Below, piece after piece: positions 41,553 to 55,657 of a stretch of DNA of 64,000 nt (the first letter of the stretch is position 1; each line of letters begins with the position of its first letter). Both the position numbers and the translations under genes were made by a program. Source of the DNA: Octopus vulgaris (Eukaryota). Location: positions 7,812,001 to 7,876,000 of the forward strand of contig OX597827.1 in NCBI GenBank assembly GCA_951406725.2. The letters are read 5' to 3'. A model generated the notes under the pieces. The model did no database searches and had not been told where the DNA came from. It was given only the letters and a program-made list of their open reading frames with translations.

Positions 41553-42023
41553 ATATATATATATATATATATATCAAAGGGTGTTCATAAAGTAATTGCA
41601 TTTTATCAGAAAAAATATAAATAGAAATGTAACCTACATTATCTGAATATTTTTAATCAAGAACGTAATTACCATCATTTTTAATGAATGCAGCCAAATG
41701 GTAAAGTAACCCTTTTTGTGTCACATTCAAAGAAACATGTTTCTTTGCCTGAAAATTGTCTGAGAAACTCTTCATAAATTCCTCTCCGTTTCTGAATGTT
41801 TAGTCTCTTATAAAACGTTCTAGTGATCAGATCAGATGGAAATCTGTAGGTGCTAAATCAGGTGAGTATGGAGGGTGTGGAAGAAGTTCCCATCCTGATG
41901 ATCTTATTTGGGGGGGGGGGGGGCTTGTTTTCAAGAGTGTAGCTGTGCATTGCCATGCTGGAGGGTAACACCATTTCTGTTTACCAAAGCTGGTCACTTT
42001 CAATGCCATTTCTCATTTATATG

Positions 42024-42240
42024 TATTTCTTTACTGCCCACAAGGGGCTAAACAAGGACAGACAAAGGGATTAAGTCGATTATATCGACCCCAGTGCGTA
42101 ACTGGTACTTTATTTATCGACACCGAAAGGATGAAACGCAAAGTCGACCTCGGCGGAATTTGAACTCAGAACGTAACGGCAGATGAAATACGGCTACGCA
42201 ATTTGCCCGGCATGCTAACGTTTCTGCCAGCTCACCACCT
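42024..42240 (-). mobile_element. SINE family B nested in mariner
   Basis: 16-bp TSD CATTTCTCATTTATAT (42007-22, 42242-57). Confidence 0.92.
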
Positions 42241-42689
42241 TCATTTCTCATTTATATAATCAAATTGTTAGCAATAGACATCTGCATTGATGGTCCTTCC
42301 ATGTTTCAATAGCTCATATTGGATGCTACCTTTCATGTTCCACCAAACACAGAGCAAGAATTTTTATGGATGGAGTTCTGGTTTTGGTGTTGGCACTGGC
42401 CTCTCAATATGTGATAACCATTGTCTTTTCCATTTTAGTTGCAATACAAAACCCATTTTTTATCACCTGTAACAATGCATTGCAGCTATGACAGGTTGTT
42501 ATTCCTGGTTAGAAGACTGCTGCAGATGGTGGAACATTATGTTTGGTTCTCAAGCATAATCTCATGTGGAACCCAAATTCCATCTGTGCATGTTTACCCA
42601 ATTTGCTTGAGATGTTTGGGGCTAGTTGAACATGACATTAAGTTTTTTTTGCCAAATACCTTGTGCTTTGATGTGAATCATACACAATA

Positions 42690-43099
42690 GGCGCAGGAGT
42701 GGCTGTGTGGTAAGTAGCTTGCTAACCAACCACATGGTTCCGGGTTCAGTCCCACTGTGTGGCATCTTGGGCAAGTGTCTTCTGCTATAGCCACGGGACG
42801 ATCAATGCCTTGTGAGTGGATTTGGTAGACGGAAACTGAAAGAAGCCTGTCGTATATATGTATATATATATAAGTGTGTGTGTATATGTTTGTGTGTCTG
42901 TGTTTGTCCCCCTAGCATTGCTTGACAACCGATGCTGGTGTTTACGTCCCCGTCACTTAGCGGTTCGGCAAAAGAGACTGATAGAATAAGTACTGGGCTT
43001 ACAAAGAATAAGTCCCAGGGTCGACTTGCTCGACTAAAGGCGGTGCTCCAGCATGGCCGCAGTCAAATGACTGAAACAAGTAAATGAGTAAAAGAGTAA
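42690..43099 (+). mobile_element. SINE family A nested in mariner
   Basis: Full length; aatag occurs on both sides. Confidence 0.93.
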
Positions 43100-43789
43100 T
43101 AGTGTTATTGAAAAGGTTGTCATTCAGAGTGGGGCATCTTCCAGAGTAAGGCTTGTCAGATATGTAACAATTGCTATCTTTAAACTTTTTAAACTACAAC
43201 TGACATGTATGAGCTTTCCCTGCATCCAGATACACTTCGCAAATGTTTTTTCATTGCTTCTGTAGTGGTATTTTTCTTTAGAAACTCATACAGCAAGCAA
43301 TGGGGAATATGTTGTTTCATAAAGTTCTTATCTTCCATGGGGTTAATTACTGAAATAACTATGAATGACACAGTGCCAAATAGAATAGATGATATACTAT
43401 TTCTAAACAGTTCTCACCCATTCAATTTTGGCTCTGAAATCATTGGTTGATTTATATTTCATAGTGATGAAAAAATGCAACTACTTTCTGAACACTCTAA
43501 TATATACATATTACTTACTTCCCTTACAAATAATCTTTTTTGTCAGGAACTATTAGACCTGACACCATATATCAACCGGTGTTGTTCAAACGATGAATAG
43601 CCTTCGCGTAAACCATTGGTTCATTTTGTTCTCTAACATTATTATCATCTTATAATCATCTCATAATAATGACCTTTATGACTCGTATTACTACCTCAGT
43701 CAATCTAAATGTATATATTTGTCACTACCTGTCATAAATAGCCTTTTTCTATTTGCAACATGCATTTTCGTTGATTATTCATATTTTAC

Positions 43790-43836
<47 letters not shown>

Positions 43837-45289
43837 TATATATATATATATAAATGTCATTATTTCTAATTCTCTCTAAAGGAGACTATGGCAGCGGTAC
43901 TGGATATTAATAGTTATTGCCAAGCCAAATTGGCAGTCCAGAAAAATAGGATGAATGCTGTCGTTGATTAGCTCCAAGAGGCCCATCGCCTCTAGCTAGC
44001 TATGTGACACACAAACCTGTGTCCATTATAACCTTCGAACAGGGGAGGTCAGCACAATTACAAAAGAGCTACTGATAGTTTAATGCTTAACAATACTTTA
44101 GATGAGCACATTTGTAAAATATACCATGTATCTCCAAGTGAACTTTCAAGCTCAGTAAATATATTAGACGTATTTAAAAACCAGGACTGAGAAAATGCGT
44201 AAAAATGGGAAGTAAAATTAGAAAGAAAGTTGATGCAAAAAGGGGAACAAGAAGAATAAAAAGAAAAATAAGAAATCCAAGACCTTCATTCTCTTTGTTT
44301 GTAGAAACCATAATTAATGTAGTTGGTGCAGAATAACATGACTTAAAGGAGGCCAATGTCTGCAAGACAGCTACTCACTGTGAAGCAGGGGTTGTCCAGT
44401 TCAACAAAAGAAACCTTTCCATGTGTTTGCACCTCCTAAAAGTTTCAGATCTGGAATTAAGCAGTGTGGTGGAATTGTTGGATCTAAAAGGCTGTGCGAT
44501 CTTTCTGCTATGTATAAGCTGCATTTCTTAAATCCATCAACATTTGGCTTGGATTTCTCCCTGATTCTTCACTTAGCCAATATGTGGCTAGCAAACTTAG
44601 TGCCATTACTTTTATCAATGTACTGGATAAAGATGGGTGGTATGCATAATGTTATTTGAAACTACCATCACATAACCTGATGTTTTTCTTCTATTCAGTT
44701 TCATTATCTTGAAGTGTTGTTATTTCTGCCACATATACGACATAGTTTATTGTGCATACCTGGTCAAGTAGGCAAGCTTTGGGGTTTCAACAGTTACAAC
44801 TGTGAGTGGGCTCTTGGTGTTCTTTATGTGTGATAATGTTCTTCATATTAGTGCAACAGCTGTATGATATTTTAAGTGCCTTTAAAAATCTTCCTGCATT
44901 TGTGGTTTATTGGAAAATGCTTATCTAAAAGAGACAGGAATTCCTTGCCTACATTAGTTTTAATATTATTTTCCTAGGTATGTTTTTATGATTCCTATTT
45001 TTACTTGAAGGGTTGTAATATATTTTATCTTTGAAAAGGGATATCACTGATGATTATAATGGTGATGATTATGATATATATGATGGGCTTCCACACAATG
45101 ATTTATAAATTGTTATTAACTTCAGTCAGGTTATTTGTATTATCAGAAAATACAAACTTTATTTTAGAGAGTATCTTGGACATGAAGTGTAGAGGGATAT
45201 GTGGTATCACTTACAGTACCTGAGAGAGTAAGTACTACAAAAGATTGATGGAGGGATGAGTATTAGAAGATGAGTTGAGGGGAAAGGCT

Positions 45290-45775
45290 TGATAGGATCT
45301 CATTTTTGCTGGGTCAAGTAAAGCATATTTACCATTCATCTCAGTCCCTTGTCATCTCCTCCAAGAAGTGAAACATCTTGAAGTCAGTCTTCACCACTTC
45401 GTCCCATGTCTTCTTAGATCTCTCTTTTGTACAGACTCATTTCACGTTTACAGTCAGCATTTCTTCATACAGTTATCCTCATCCATTTGCATAACATAAC
45501 CATATTAGTGCAGCCTTCTCTCTTTCACATCACATCTGATATCTCTTATGCCAAATTTTTCTTTGATTACATTTGTACTTCTTTGTACATGCACACTGAT
45601 GTACATGCACATGCACATCTATAGGAACATGCTAACTTTATTTCTTTCTAGATTTCACAAGTTCTCTGCATTCACAGCCCAAGTTTCACAATCATCTAGC
45701 ATTGCTGTTCATACACAGGCAACATATAATCAATATTTCAGTCTGAGAGAGAGGCCTTCTGTTACTAACAAGAGG
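45290..45775 (-). mobile_element. RTE-like LINE ORF remnant
   Basis: Minus strand reads LPLVSNRR..SQT and KKTWDEVVKTDF..LEEMTRD; homologous to the 18.2-kb copy. Confidence 0.72.
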
Positions 45776-45811
45776 TAATGGGTCTCTGAACTTTCTCTGG
45801 ACAGTTCTTAT

Positions 45812-46044
45812 AAGGCAACGAGCTGGCAGAAACGTTAGCACGCCGGGCGAAATGCGTAGCCGTATTTCGTCTGCCATTACGTTCTGATTTCAAATTCCGC
45901 CGTGGTCGACTTTGCCTTTCATCCTTTCGGGGTCGACAAATTAAGTACCAGTTACGCACTGGGGTCGATGTAATTGACTTAATCCCTTTGTCTGTCCTTG
46001 TTTGTCCCCTCTATGTTTAGCCCCTTGTGGGTAGTAAAGAAATA
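45812..46044 (+). mobile_element. SINE family B
   Basis: TSD AGTTCTTAT (45803-11, 46045-53). Confidence 0.92.
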
Positions 46045-46562
46045 AGTTCTTATTTTAGTAACCATATTTTCAGCACATTTCCCACCTCAACTGTTAATTA
46101 ACATCTTCTAGAAACTATCTAATACTTCTATGGATCCTCCTGGGCATTCCAGAAAATCTATTTCCCATATAATCTTAGTGATTATTGCACTTATTACATC
46201 TATCACAAATTAACCTCCTTGTAATTCCACTGTACTTCTTATTTGTTCATAGTTTGTACTGCGTACACCAAACAGAATTTCTACTCACACAAACAGTACC
46301 GTTTATCTGAAGGTTTTAGTGTCATATTTTTTTATCAGAAACATAAGTATAATTATCTGATTCTTGTGTAACCACCCAGAAATTTTCTATATCTAATTAG
46401 GTGTCAACTATTTCAGAGAAATCAAGTTTCTTAAACAAATTATGGAGAATTTATCAGAAAGTGATTAGTAGTTTGTAAGTTGATAATTCTTAGCAGGAGT
46501 AATTTGTTGTTTTTATATTAACCACCAACTTCAAAGAGAGACTTCTGTAAAGAGAACGAAAA

Positions 46563-46632
<70 letters not shown>

Positions 46633-49477
46633 ATCAGGTTGCTAACTTTGGTAGAATCCTTTACTCCCATGCTCATGATGGATGGCACTACATTGTATAT
46701 TTTCTGTCCAGATGGTATTATTGCAAATAAATTTTCTAGCATGCATTATGATATCCAATTTAATTCATTTGGTACTTGTAGTGGTTTTAATTAATTGAAG
46801 GGCAGCTTTAAGACAGGATTTGATGATGAACAGGTAGTAGTCTTAAATACTAAATTATAAGAAATTGAATTCATTTTTAATCCTGAAGAGATTTGAACCA
46901 ATTCACAATACAATTACTTTTCTGGGAATGCCAAGTCTGGATTTTAAGGAGTTGATAAGCCTAGTTGGTAAAGTTGGATTGATAATTCTTAAGCATTAAA
47001 TACATTTCTTGAGTCATTAAACATTTGCTTTTATCATCCATGTTAAGCATTGTGACAATATATTTTTGCAGAAGAATGGATCTTAGTGGGTCCTACTTAT
47101 AGGTATTGGGTATACAGTTGAACAGAAATTTGTAGTAATTTCATTTACCTAATTCATAAATGGTCTTCGTTTTGTCTCTGCTGATTAAAATGTTCTTGTT
47201 TCTCATGATAAAATTATTTTCTGTAGTGTGATTATTTTGGAAAAGTTCTTAAATTTTTTCTTAATTTCTTATTTATGATTGTCAAGAATAAGTTGTATTC
47301 AAAAGTTTGCGATAGAAATGAGATTTTCCATCATCTGTAATTGATATTTGAAGTAGATTTGTGAAGAGTTCTTGATTTTAAACTTCTATTTTGACTAATT
47401 CTATCTTCTTTTGATAACATGTGAAGCTAGCTATGCCATGCTCAAAGCAGGAAGTTATATCATTAATTTAAACGATTTACAGAAAAATACTTAGTTTATT
47501 GAATTTTCCCTCTAGTTTGGAAAACGAAAACATGAAAATTAGTAGCAATTGTTTTCTATTCTCAAAAGAAAGAAATAATTTCCATGAATTAAAAATTAAG
47601 TTAATTTACATGTTCAGGGAAAGAGACAGCTACGAACATATGTTTTGATGTATTTGACATCATTATAAGACAATTGAAACAATGCCTGTAGGTCAGTGGA
47701 AAGATTTTTACTTATGATGTAAAAAAATTTATGCATAATCTTAACCAGAATAATTTGCATAATAAATAGTAAAACAATAGTAAAAATAACCTAAATGTGT
47801 CAGTGGCACGAGTTTAGATAATTTAGATGATGATTCTATCAAGAAATTAAGAATTAATTTCTTGAGTTAATTTACATGTGAAAAGGTAGTCTGATCTATA
47901 AATGAAGGTGTGGGACAAATATGGACATAAATTTTGGATCATTAGAGTTCCTTAGTATAATACAATCTAAATGAGCCTGCAGAACTTTGAGTAAATTAGA
48001 TGTGTTGAAACAGAGTTTTGGCCAGAATATTATGCATTATTTGTTTTAATAAATTATTAATCTTTTGAAGTTATCTCCTCTTCCACTGTCACTAACAATT
48101 TCCACTAGGCTTTCACAGAACATGGATTTGTATTATGGTTATATACACATACACATGCACACACACACACAACTTGAAATGGTCTTTTGCATATTATTAT
48201 GCAAGGTGCTTCTGATTGTGAGGCATCCATACTAAAGAGAATCAAGACGTTGATGAGAAGAAATGCATACTGAATGATAGTGGTGCAGCTGCAGTTAATG
48301 ATGCTGAGAAAAGACATAGAAGTGTTACTAGGAGAAAAAAAATTTCAAATATAGAAGCAAAACCTAGAATTGAGAGGCTTGAAAGTAAATCTAATAAGAA
48401 TGACAATTTTTGTTATCAGGAAAGAAGATAATACTCTATAGCTAACTGGGAAGTTGCTTGCTTGGTATGCAGGAAGAAAAAGGTGTTAGGAATTCCATTT
48501 AGTGTAACCAATGTACACCTTGGGTAAGATCACAGGCATCTTCTCAAAGAGGTCTGTGGCCTAACTACACCTTTATCCTCTTGAAGTTGGAGTTAAGATG
48601 TTTTACACAGTGTCTCCTGTGACAAGTAGAGGATTACAAGATATTTTTGCAGGGGGTCTGTGATCCTCTGAAAAAAAGGTATTCCAGATAAAACCATTCA
48701 GTTTTATTTTTGGTCTGTCATGGTCTACATTATCTTAAGTGTTTATTTTCATAAAAACAATAGAGTTCGAGAAAGCTATAATTGCTGTTTAATTTGAGAG
48801 AACTTTAATTGCTGTTTCTTACATGTTTGAGTGAATCAACTCTATAAATGCTCTCTTATCAAATCGTTTTATCAGTGTTTCAATAACTGAATGACCTATA
48901 AGAACAGTAAACACAATAATCTGATCGGAAATAATTTTCTATAGTCTCAGAAAAGTGTATTTAATCACATTTATTGAACAGATGAACATGTTGCAGACTG
49001 AATGTTTCCAGCGTTGAGTTTTTGTTTAAAATTGTTAATTAGGTGAAAATGTAACTAATCAACAGGGAAAATTTTTTTAGTGTTTTTGTATAAAGAGAGT
49101 CATTTTGTTCTAATCAATTGATATTTGCCAAAGTTAGGAAATGACAAAAACTCAAGTGTTTCAAGATGGTACCCTGGCTATAATATTGCAATGTTCAACG
49201 TCAGAACTATAACACACTGCTGTTGTCCAGTAAATTGCTGTCATTTTATGAATCACTTTTTCCTTTTAGTTACAACTACTTAAGACCTTCCCTAAAGATA
49301 CACAACAGCAACAGTAAGGGATTATGCTTTTGGATATCTACAGCCGATTATAACTGTTTAATCTGCCACAATGAGAGACTAGAATCCATTATTTACAATA
49401 CAAAAGTACATGTCAAAAAGCTGAAATGACTAATGATATGTAATTAACAAAATAAAAAGAAAAACTATAAATCTTAC

Positions 49478-51883
49478 CTGGTGTATTTCCTTGCTAGTTG
49501 CTTGGTATGGAATTCTGCTATTTAAATTTTTTCCATTCAGTGTCACTTTATAATTGGACAAATATTGCTCTTTCTCCTCTTGAAGTTGGAGTAAGCTGTT
49601 TTGTTGAGTCTCTTCTCTGAGCAATGGAGGATTATAAGATATTTGTTCAGAAGTATTTTGCGTTTCTCTATCAACACTGAAGATTTTGTCTGAAGGATTG
49701 ATTCTCTGTTTACTAGAAGTCATTATATTGTTGCTTTTCTTTACAACACATATTGTTATTGAAATCACCATTATTACAGAACCTGAAACTGCTGCTGCTA
49801 TGATCATAAGAAATAAATTCATTTGAATTTTGAAATCTAACTCATTGGTTGCTATTGCCAACAAGGGGAATGTATTATTGCTAGCAACTAGAGTTAAAGA
49901 TAGAGAGGTGGTTGTAGAGAGGATTGGAATCCCATTGTCTTTGACAACAAATAGAAGATTATACACTCCTGCCTCATTTCGGTAAACATTTCGGGAAAAA
50001 GATAATATCCCTGTATAACAGTTCATTGTGAATAATTCTTTCTCATTCCCTTCTAATATTTCATATTTAAGAAATGCATTCTCTTTACTGTCTTTGTCAT
50101 ATGCTTTTAACTTAGTGATATCATTGTTATTGTGGGACTGGAAATAGATATCTAGACTGAAAGGGTTAACACTAGGGAAAGTAAAGTATGGAGCATTATC
50201 GTTCTTATCCATAACTTCAACAATAACATCAACAGTATTATTTAGTCTTGGAGTCCCACTGTCTTTAACTAAAACCTGAAAGATATATATATCTTTTTGT
50301 TCACGGTCAAGTGATTCTGTGGTTGATATAAATCCATAGTTTGTTATTTGAAAGGGAAGAGCAAGATTATTTTTCGAAAACAAGGAAAATGTTAACTGTC
50401 CACCCAGTCCCATATCTGGGTCAGTTGCATTGACAAATCCTACTGGAAAATTAGATTCTTCATTCTCATATATCAAGAATTTGTAGGTTTCTTTGTTAAA
50501 CTGTGGTATTACATCATTAATATCAATTACTAAAACAGAGAACTCTCTCTCTGTTCTCAAACGTGGTAACCCATTGTCTTCACAAATCACTTTAAAAGTA
50601 ATATGACTTTCTTTTTCCTTATCAGCGAGACTTTTCAAAACCACTTTGTATTTTTTCTCACCTAGATTTTGAAGCTGAAATTTATCATGCTGGAGAGTGC
50701 AGGTAACTTTTCCATTTTGTCCAGTATCAGTATCAGAAATCTTTACATATGCAATAAAACTACCAATTTTAGTATTTTCTAATATGGTTGCCATATTGTT
50801 GGATGATTTGGAAACGAAATTCATATCAATGACGGGAGGATTATTTCGCTGGTTGACAACATTGACAAGTATCATAGTCATAGAAGATAGAGGAGGGTTC
50901 CCTCCATCTGAAGCTTCAACGTACAATTCATATGTTTGACGCTTCTCGAATGGGAAATTTTCACAAAGAAATATTTCCCCAGTTTTTTCATTTAACTGAA
51001 AATGTAATTTTGTCATTTCTGAAGTTTTTGAGCTGAAGTGATATATAACCTTACCATTTTCACCAGCATCAAGATCCTCTGCATCTAAATCAATGACTGG
51101 TTTATTTATTTGATATTTACAATTAATAGATATATTATAAACATCTTGAGAAAAAAGTGGTAAATTATCATTTATATCTAAGACAGATATATAAACTTTT
51201 AAGATACCATGTTTAGACGGCTTTCCTCCATCCTTAGCAATTACTTGAAAAGAATAATGATCTTCCACTTCTCTATCTAATTCAGTTTCTAAAGTTATTC
51301 CAACTGAATATGAACCATCTACTCTTTCAGAAACAACCATTATGAAAGGCACCTTATTATTAGACAATAACTTATATGTTATCCTGGAATTTTCTTCACT
51401 GATGTCTTCATCAATGGCATTTGGAATTGATAAAGTAGTTCCTTTTTTATCCCCTTCAGAAAACTCAAGAGTTATTTGTTTTACTGGAAACACAGGTTGA
51501 TGATCATTGATGTCTTCCACAACTACTTTGATCTCTAAAATTCGAACAAATATTTCTCTCTTCTGCATGGCAACATCTACCATTCTGAAACACATTTTTT
51601 TATATTTACAAAGTGTTTCTGCATCTAGAGTTTGGATTACATAGAATTTCCCATCTTTTGAAATATTAAACAATTGCGAGACATTTTCTTTGTCTTTTTG
51701 TAGCTGATTGAATCTGATTAAATGACGTTCCTCAGATTTAATCTTTTCTATCATATGTGTGTCAACTGCAATGTCTCCAATATATGAAATTGGCATATTT
51801 CCCTCCTTAATGTGGTATGTAAAATCAACACTCAAACAGTAACTGTATAGATATAACAATATTGTACAGAAAAGTGCAAACAT
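49478..51883 (-). CDS. Protocadherin, coding exon 1 (signal peptide, 6 cadherin repeats, TM helix, start of cytoplasmic tail; 802 codons)
   Basis: ORF with hydrophobic N-terminus and cadherin motifs (LDAE, DINDHQP, LDRE, DINDNLP, AxDxG, DKNDNAP). EC1 has C-x5-C (CKYKKMC); TM is LFLMIIAAAVSGSVIMVISITICVV. Strong donor CAG|GTAAGA after 49478 (phase 0), so the last 15 aa of the raw ORF are intron read-through. Confidence 0.96.
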
Positions 51884-53094
51884 AATTTCAACTAAATTCC
51901 TTTGATTTTTGAATTCAAGTTGTTAAATATTGACAAAAAAAGATAAATAAATAAACCTTAGTTATAAGCTGACTTAAGTGTTTTTGCCTGCCCAGTCACC
52001 TGTAATACTAGTCAAACAAATGCTATGAACAGAGGAAGTTGTTATAGTGACAAATGAAACTAATAACAACTGCAAATTATTCAGTTCGAGGAAGAATACA
52101 GAATATTTGTATATCTTTTCCAGTTAATAACATCACAAGGAAGAGAAGTTAATGGTATTTTGAAGTGAATGGCTATTAACAGTTTATCATGTTCTATATT
52201 TATATTGCAAATATATATACCTATATATCTTTACACATCACAACAGTGGTTGACAGATTCCTTAATTCGTTTTATTTTTGTCTTTGGTGATACTGAAAAT
52301 TTCCCCAGTGTTCTGCTGGTAGTTTCATGTTCACTGGAAGAGAGAATAACTGGCAAAAATACTAAGAAAACAATTTTTTTATTGCTTTACATTTTTTTTA
52401 ATTTCTTAAAATTTTCCATTTTATTTTTTATTGGACAGAATTGATAAAATTGAATTTAATATTCTTTATGTAATTTTTATCTTAAACAGCAGTTAACTCC
52501 ACATGTTTTTGTTACTGTTATTTTTCTTTTTTTTTCTTTTTTTTTTCTCTTTTAATTGGCTCAGTATCTCTTATACTGGATTGTTCTTCACGATCAGAAA
52601 TTGAAAAGGTTACATTAATTATTTTGTGGACAGGTTTCATTTACGAGTTCACATAGCAATCATATTAAAAAATAGATATTACATTCTTTCTTTTAATACA
52701 TCATAGCTTTAATAATCTTAGCAGATTACTGAAAATAAGAGTAATTGTTTTATGGTGGGTTTCTCAATAACATTAAACTTTTGCTTGTTTTGTATTTTTT
52801 TAACCATTTTCCAACACCTAGAATTCTAAGAGTTTCTAATACACTACACAATATCAGCTAAACAATGTTTACATCATTCAACAATGTTAAAAAGTGTATA
52901 AAATTGGTATATTAGTTTCAAAGATAGACAAACCTCATAAACTTTGATTAAAACAGATAAAAATACTTTTAAAAATACAAGGAAGGAAAGATCAAGTCAT
53001 GAAATGGTAATAAAGGAGTGGTTTGTTTTAGGTTATTAACTATATATATGTATACATGTATGTATCTTTATATATATATACATACATACATATA

Positions 53095-53146
<52 letters not shown>

Positions 53147-53649
53147 CACACATATATATATTAATATATATATATACACACACACATATATACATATATA
53201 TACACACACACACACATATATAATACAAAAATATATGCAATATATATTATATATATAATATATAAATTATATATTCTAAATATATATAGCATACAAAATA
53301 TATGTATATTATATAATAGATATCATTCATATGATACATATTATGTAATATCTATTATAGATAATATACATATATTATATGCATTTAATACAGAATTAAC
53401 ATATATTTTGCATATAACATATATATGTATATATATATATATACACATGCATCTATATACATATATATATAATATTATAATGCATTATATATATAAATGA
53501 CACAAATACTATATATGTAGGTATATGTATATTATTTGCATATTATATATATTGTATATATATTATCTGTATATAACATATGCAGTATATACATTACATA
53601 TGTGTGTAAGCATATATATATAATTATTTATTATATATATTATGTATAT

Positions 53650-53685
<36 letters not shown>

Positions 53686-55598
53686 GTGTATATATATATA
53701 TTATGTGTATATATATATATATACATACACACATATGTGTGTGTGTGTATATGTGTGTATGTGTGTATGTGTGTGTGTGTATAAGGTTATGTCAAATGGA
53801 AATATGAGTATAGATCAAATACACACACATCAGTATAGGTCAAGTTAACTGTGGGTTTGATCAAAACTGTAGGAAGATACCTAATTGAATATGAATTCTT
53901 TGAGAAGTTATAAACTAATAAAATATATCGCAGATCATACTTTCAGAAATGAAAAAAAAAAGCATATGAATCCGACTAATAATGCAATGATACAAAATAT
54001 TATTTTTACCAGACATATAACAATGTGTTAACACAGTTTTCTTTTACAGTACATAAATATATATTGGAATTTTTTTTCTTTCCATTATTTGCATAACCCT
54101 TGGATTTTGTTATCATTTCAAAGTAAAATAGTTTATATTTTTAAAAGAATATTCACAATTTGGTTTTAAAGTGCTTACTTTAGAATGAATTAAATGTGTT
54201 AAAGGACTCCTTGTGTTTACTCACTTTTATGATAATTTTCCTTTTTGTGACAGCTGTAGATCTTATATTTATGTTGTGCTGTTACTGCTGTAGTAGCTTG
54301 CACTAGCAGTACTAAGCCCTTTGATCTGTGTTTGGAGATGGGAATGTTAGAATGAAATAAAAAAAAAGGAAAAGAAAGATAGATAGAGGGGTTGAAATAT
54401 GAAGAGAAAGAAAGAAGAGAAAGAGAGAGATGGTGAGGAACAGCACAAATAAAATACTATAGATCTGGTATAAAGTATCATGTTATTTAGCAGCCAATAG
54501 CTAGCTGTTTACTGATCACATTGTGGGGATGAGGGTGGAGAAAACCTGCATCAATATCTCTGCAATTGCAACTAGCAACCAGAAGTTGAATTATAGTTTA
54601 AAACTCTACTCAAATAATGATTGTGGGGAAGCTCACATATCAACGAAACAGAGTTCCTCAGTTTCTTACAGGCAATTATAGCCAAGATTGAATTCATCGA
54701 CAAATAGATTTTGCTCATGTAAGACAAAATGCAAAATGAAATGCTTGAAACTTAATTTCTTTTTTTTAGATAAAATTAATAAATAATCACTTCCAATAAA
54801 AGTACAAGGCCAGAGATTTTGGGCAAGTGTTTAACTGGTGCACTAAATATTTTCAACTCAGGAAGGATGAAAGGCAAACTTGACTTTGGTAGGGTTTAAA
54901 CTCAAAACATAAAGGACCAAAAGGAAATACTTCAAGGTATTTTAATTATACTATCAACCAACCAACCAAACCATTTATAATAGTTATGATAATAATAACA
55001 ACAACAATAACAAAAATAACGATGGTGGTATTTCTGATTTTAAAAATTTGAAACAAAGTAGTGATGGCGGTAGTGCTGGTGGTAGTGGTGGTGGTGGTGG
55101 GTCAATAAATGGAATCAATCACACTATCTTACTGATATATATTTTCTCACTTTTGGAAGAATGGAAAGTAGTCAAACTTGGATGCAATTTGAACCTAGAG
55201 ACTCTGAACTAGATATCATCAAATATTTAGTCTGATTCTTTACCATTATTTTCAGTCATTACAATTGTCCTATTTATTGTTGTCTTATTAATGGTAAACA
55301 TAATTTGTTTTGCTGGAGCCTTACTGTAATTCTAAAATTAATTTGATTTTAAGAATGTGGGAATTTCCTCGGAGAGATATATTCTAAACCTCACCTATGG
55401 AAGATTTTTCCCGACAGTTTGATTTTCAGATGACATTTTTGTACTCTGTTCCACAAATAATAACACTCCTGAATTAACTGGGGCTGTTCTTGTGTCTATA
55501 TTCCACCTTCTTCAATCTCTCTCAATCTCCACATCTTCCTTTAGACTTCGAAAGTTCTTCAAACTCCATTTTGTTTTCACCCAAGTTTTTAGAATGTA

Positions 55599-55657
<59 letters not shown>

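Larger units (their letters stand above)
41576..43500 (-). mobile_element. Degenerate full-length mariner interrupted by two SINEs
   Basis: TIRs agggtgttcataaagtaattgcatttt / aaaatgcaactactttctgaacactct. N-terminus MEDKNF..HIPHCLLYEF near 43338; WELLPHPPYSPDLAPTDFHL near 41835-41892. Confidence 0.9.

Noticed and set aside
46050-47500. Possible decayed retroelement ORF on the minus strand
   Set aside because: No motif I can identify with confidence.
48055-48105. Minus-strand SDSGRGD peptide as a protocadherin cytoplasmic exon
   Set aside because: Poor acceptor, no donor and a stop shortly after. The 36533-36380 exon fits the phases instead.
49430-49477. Hydrophobic ORF tail VRFIVFLFILLITYH as a second TM helix
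   Set aside because: It lies past a consensus GTAAGA donor and is most likely intron.
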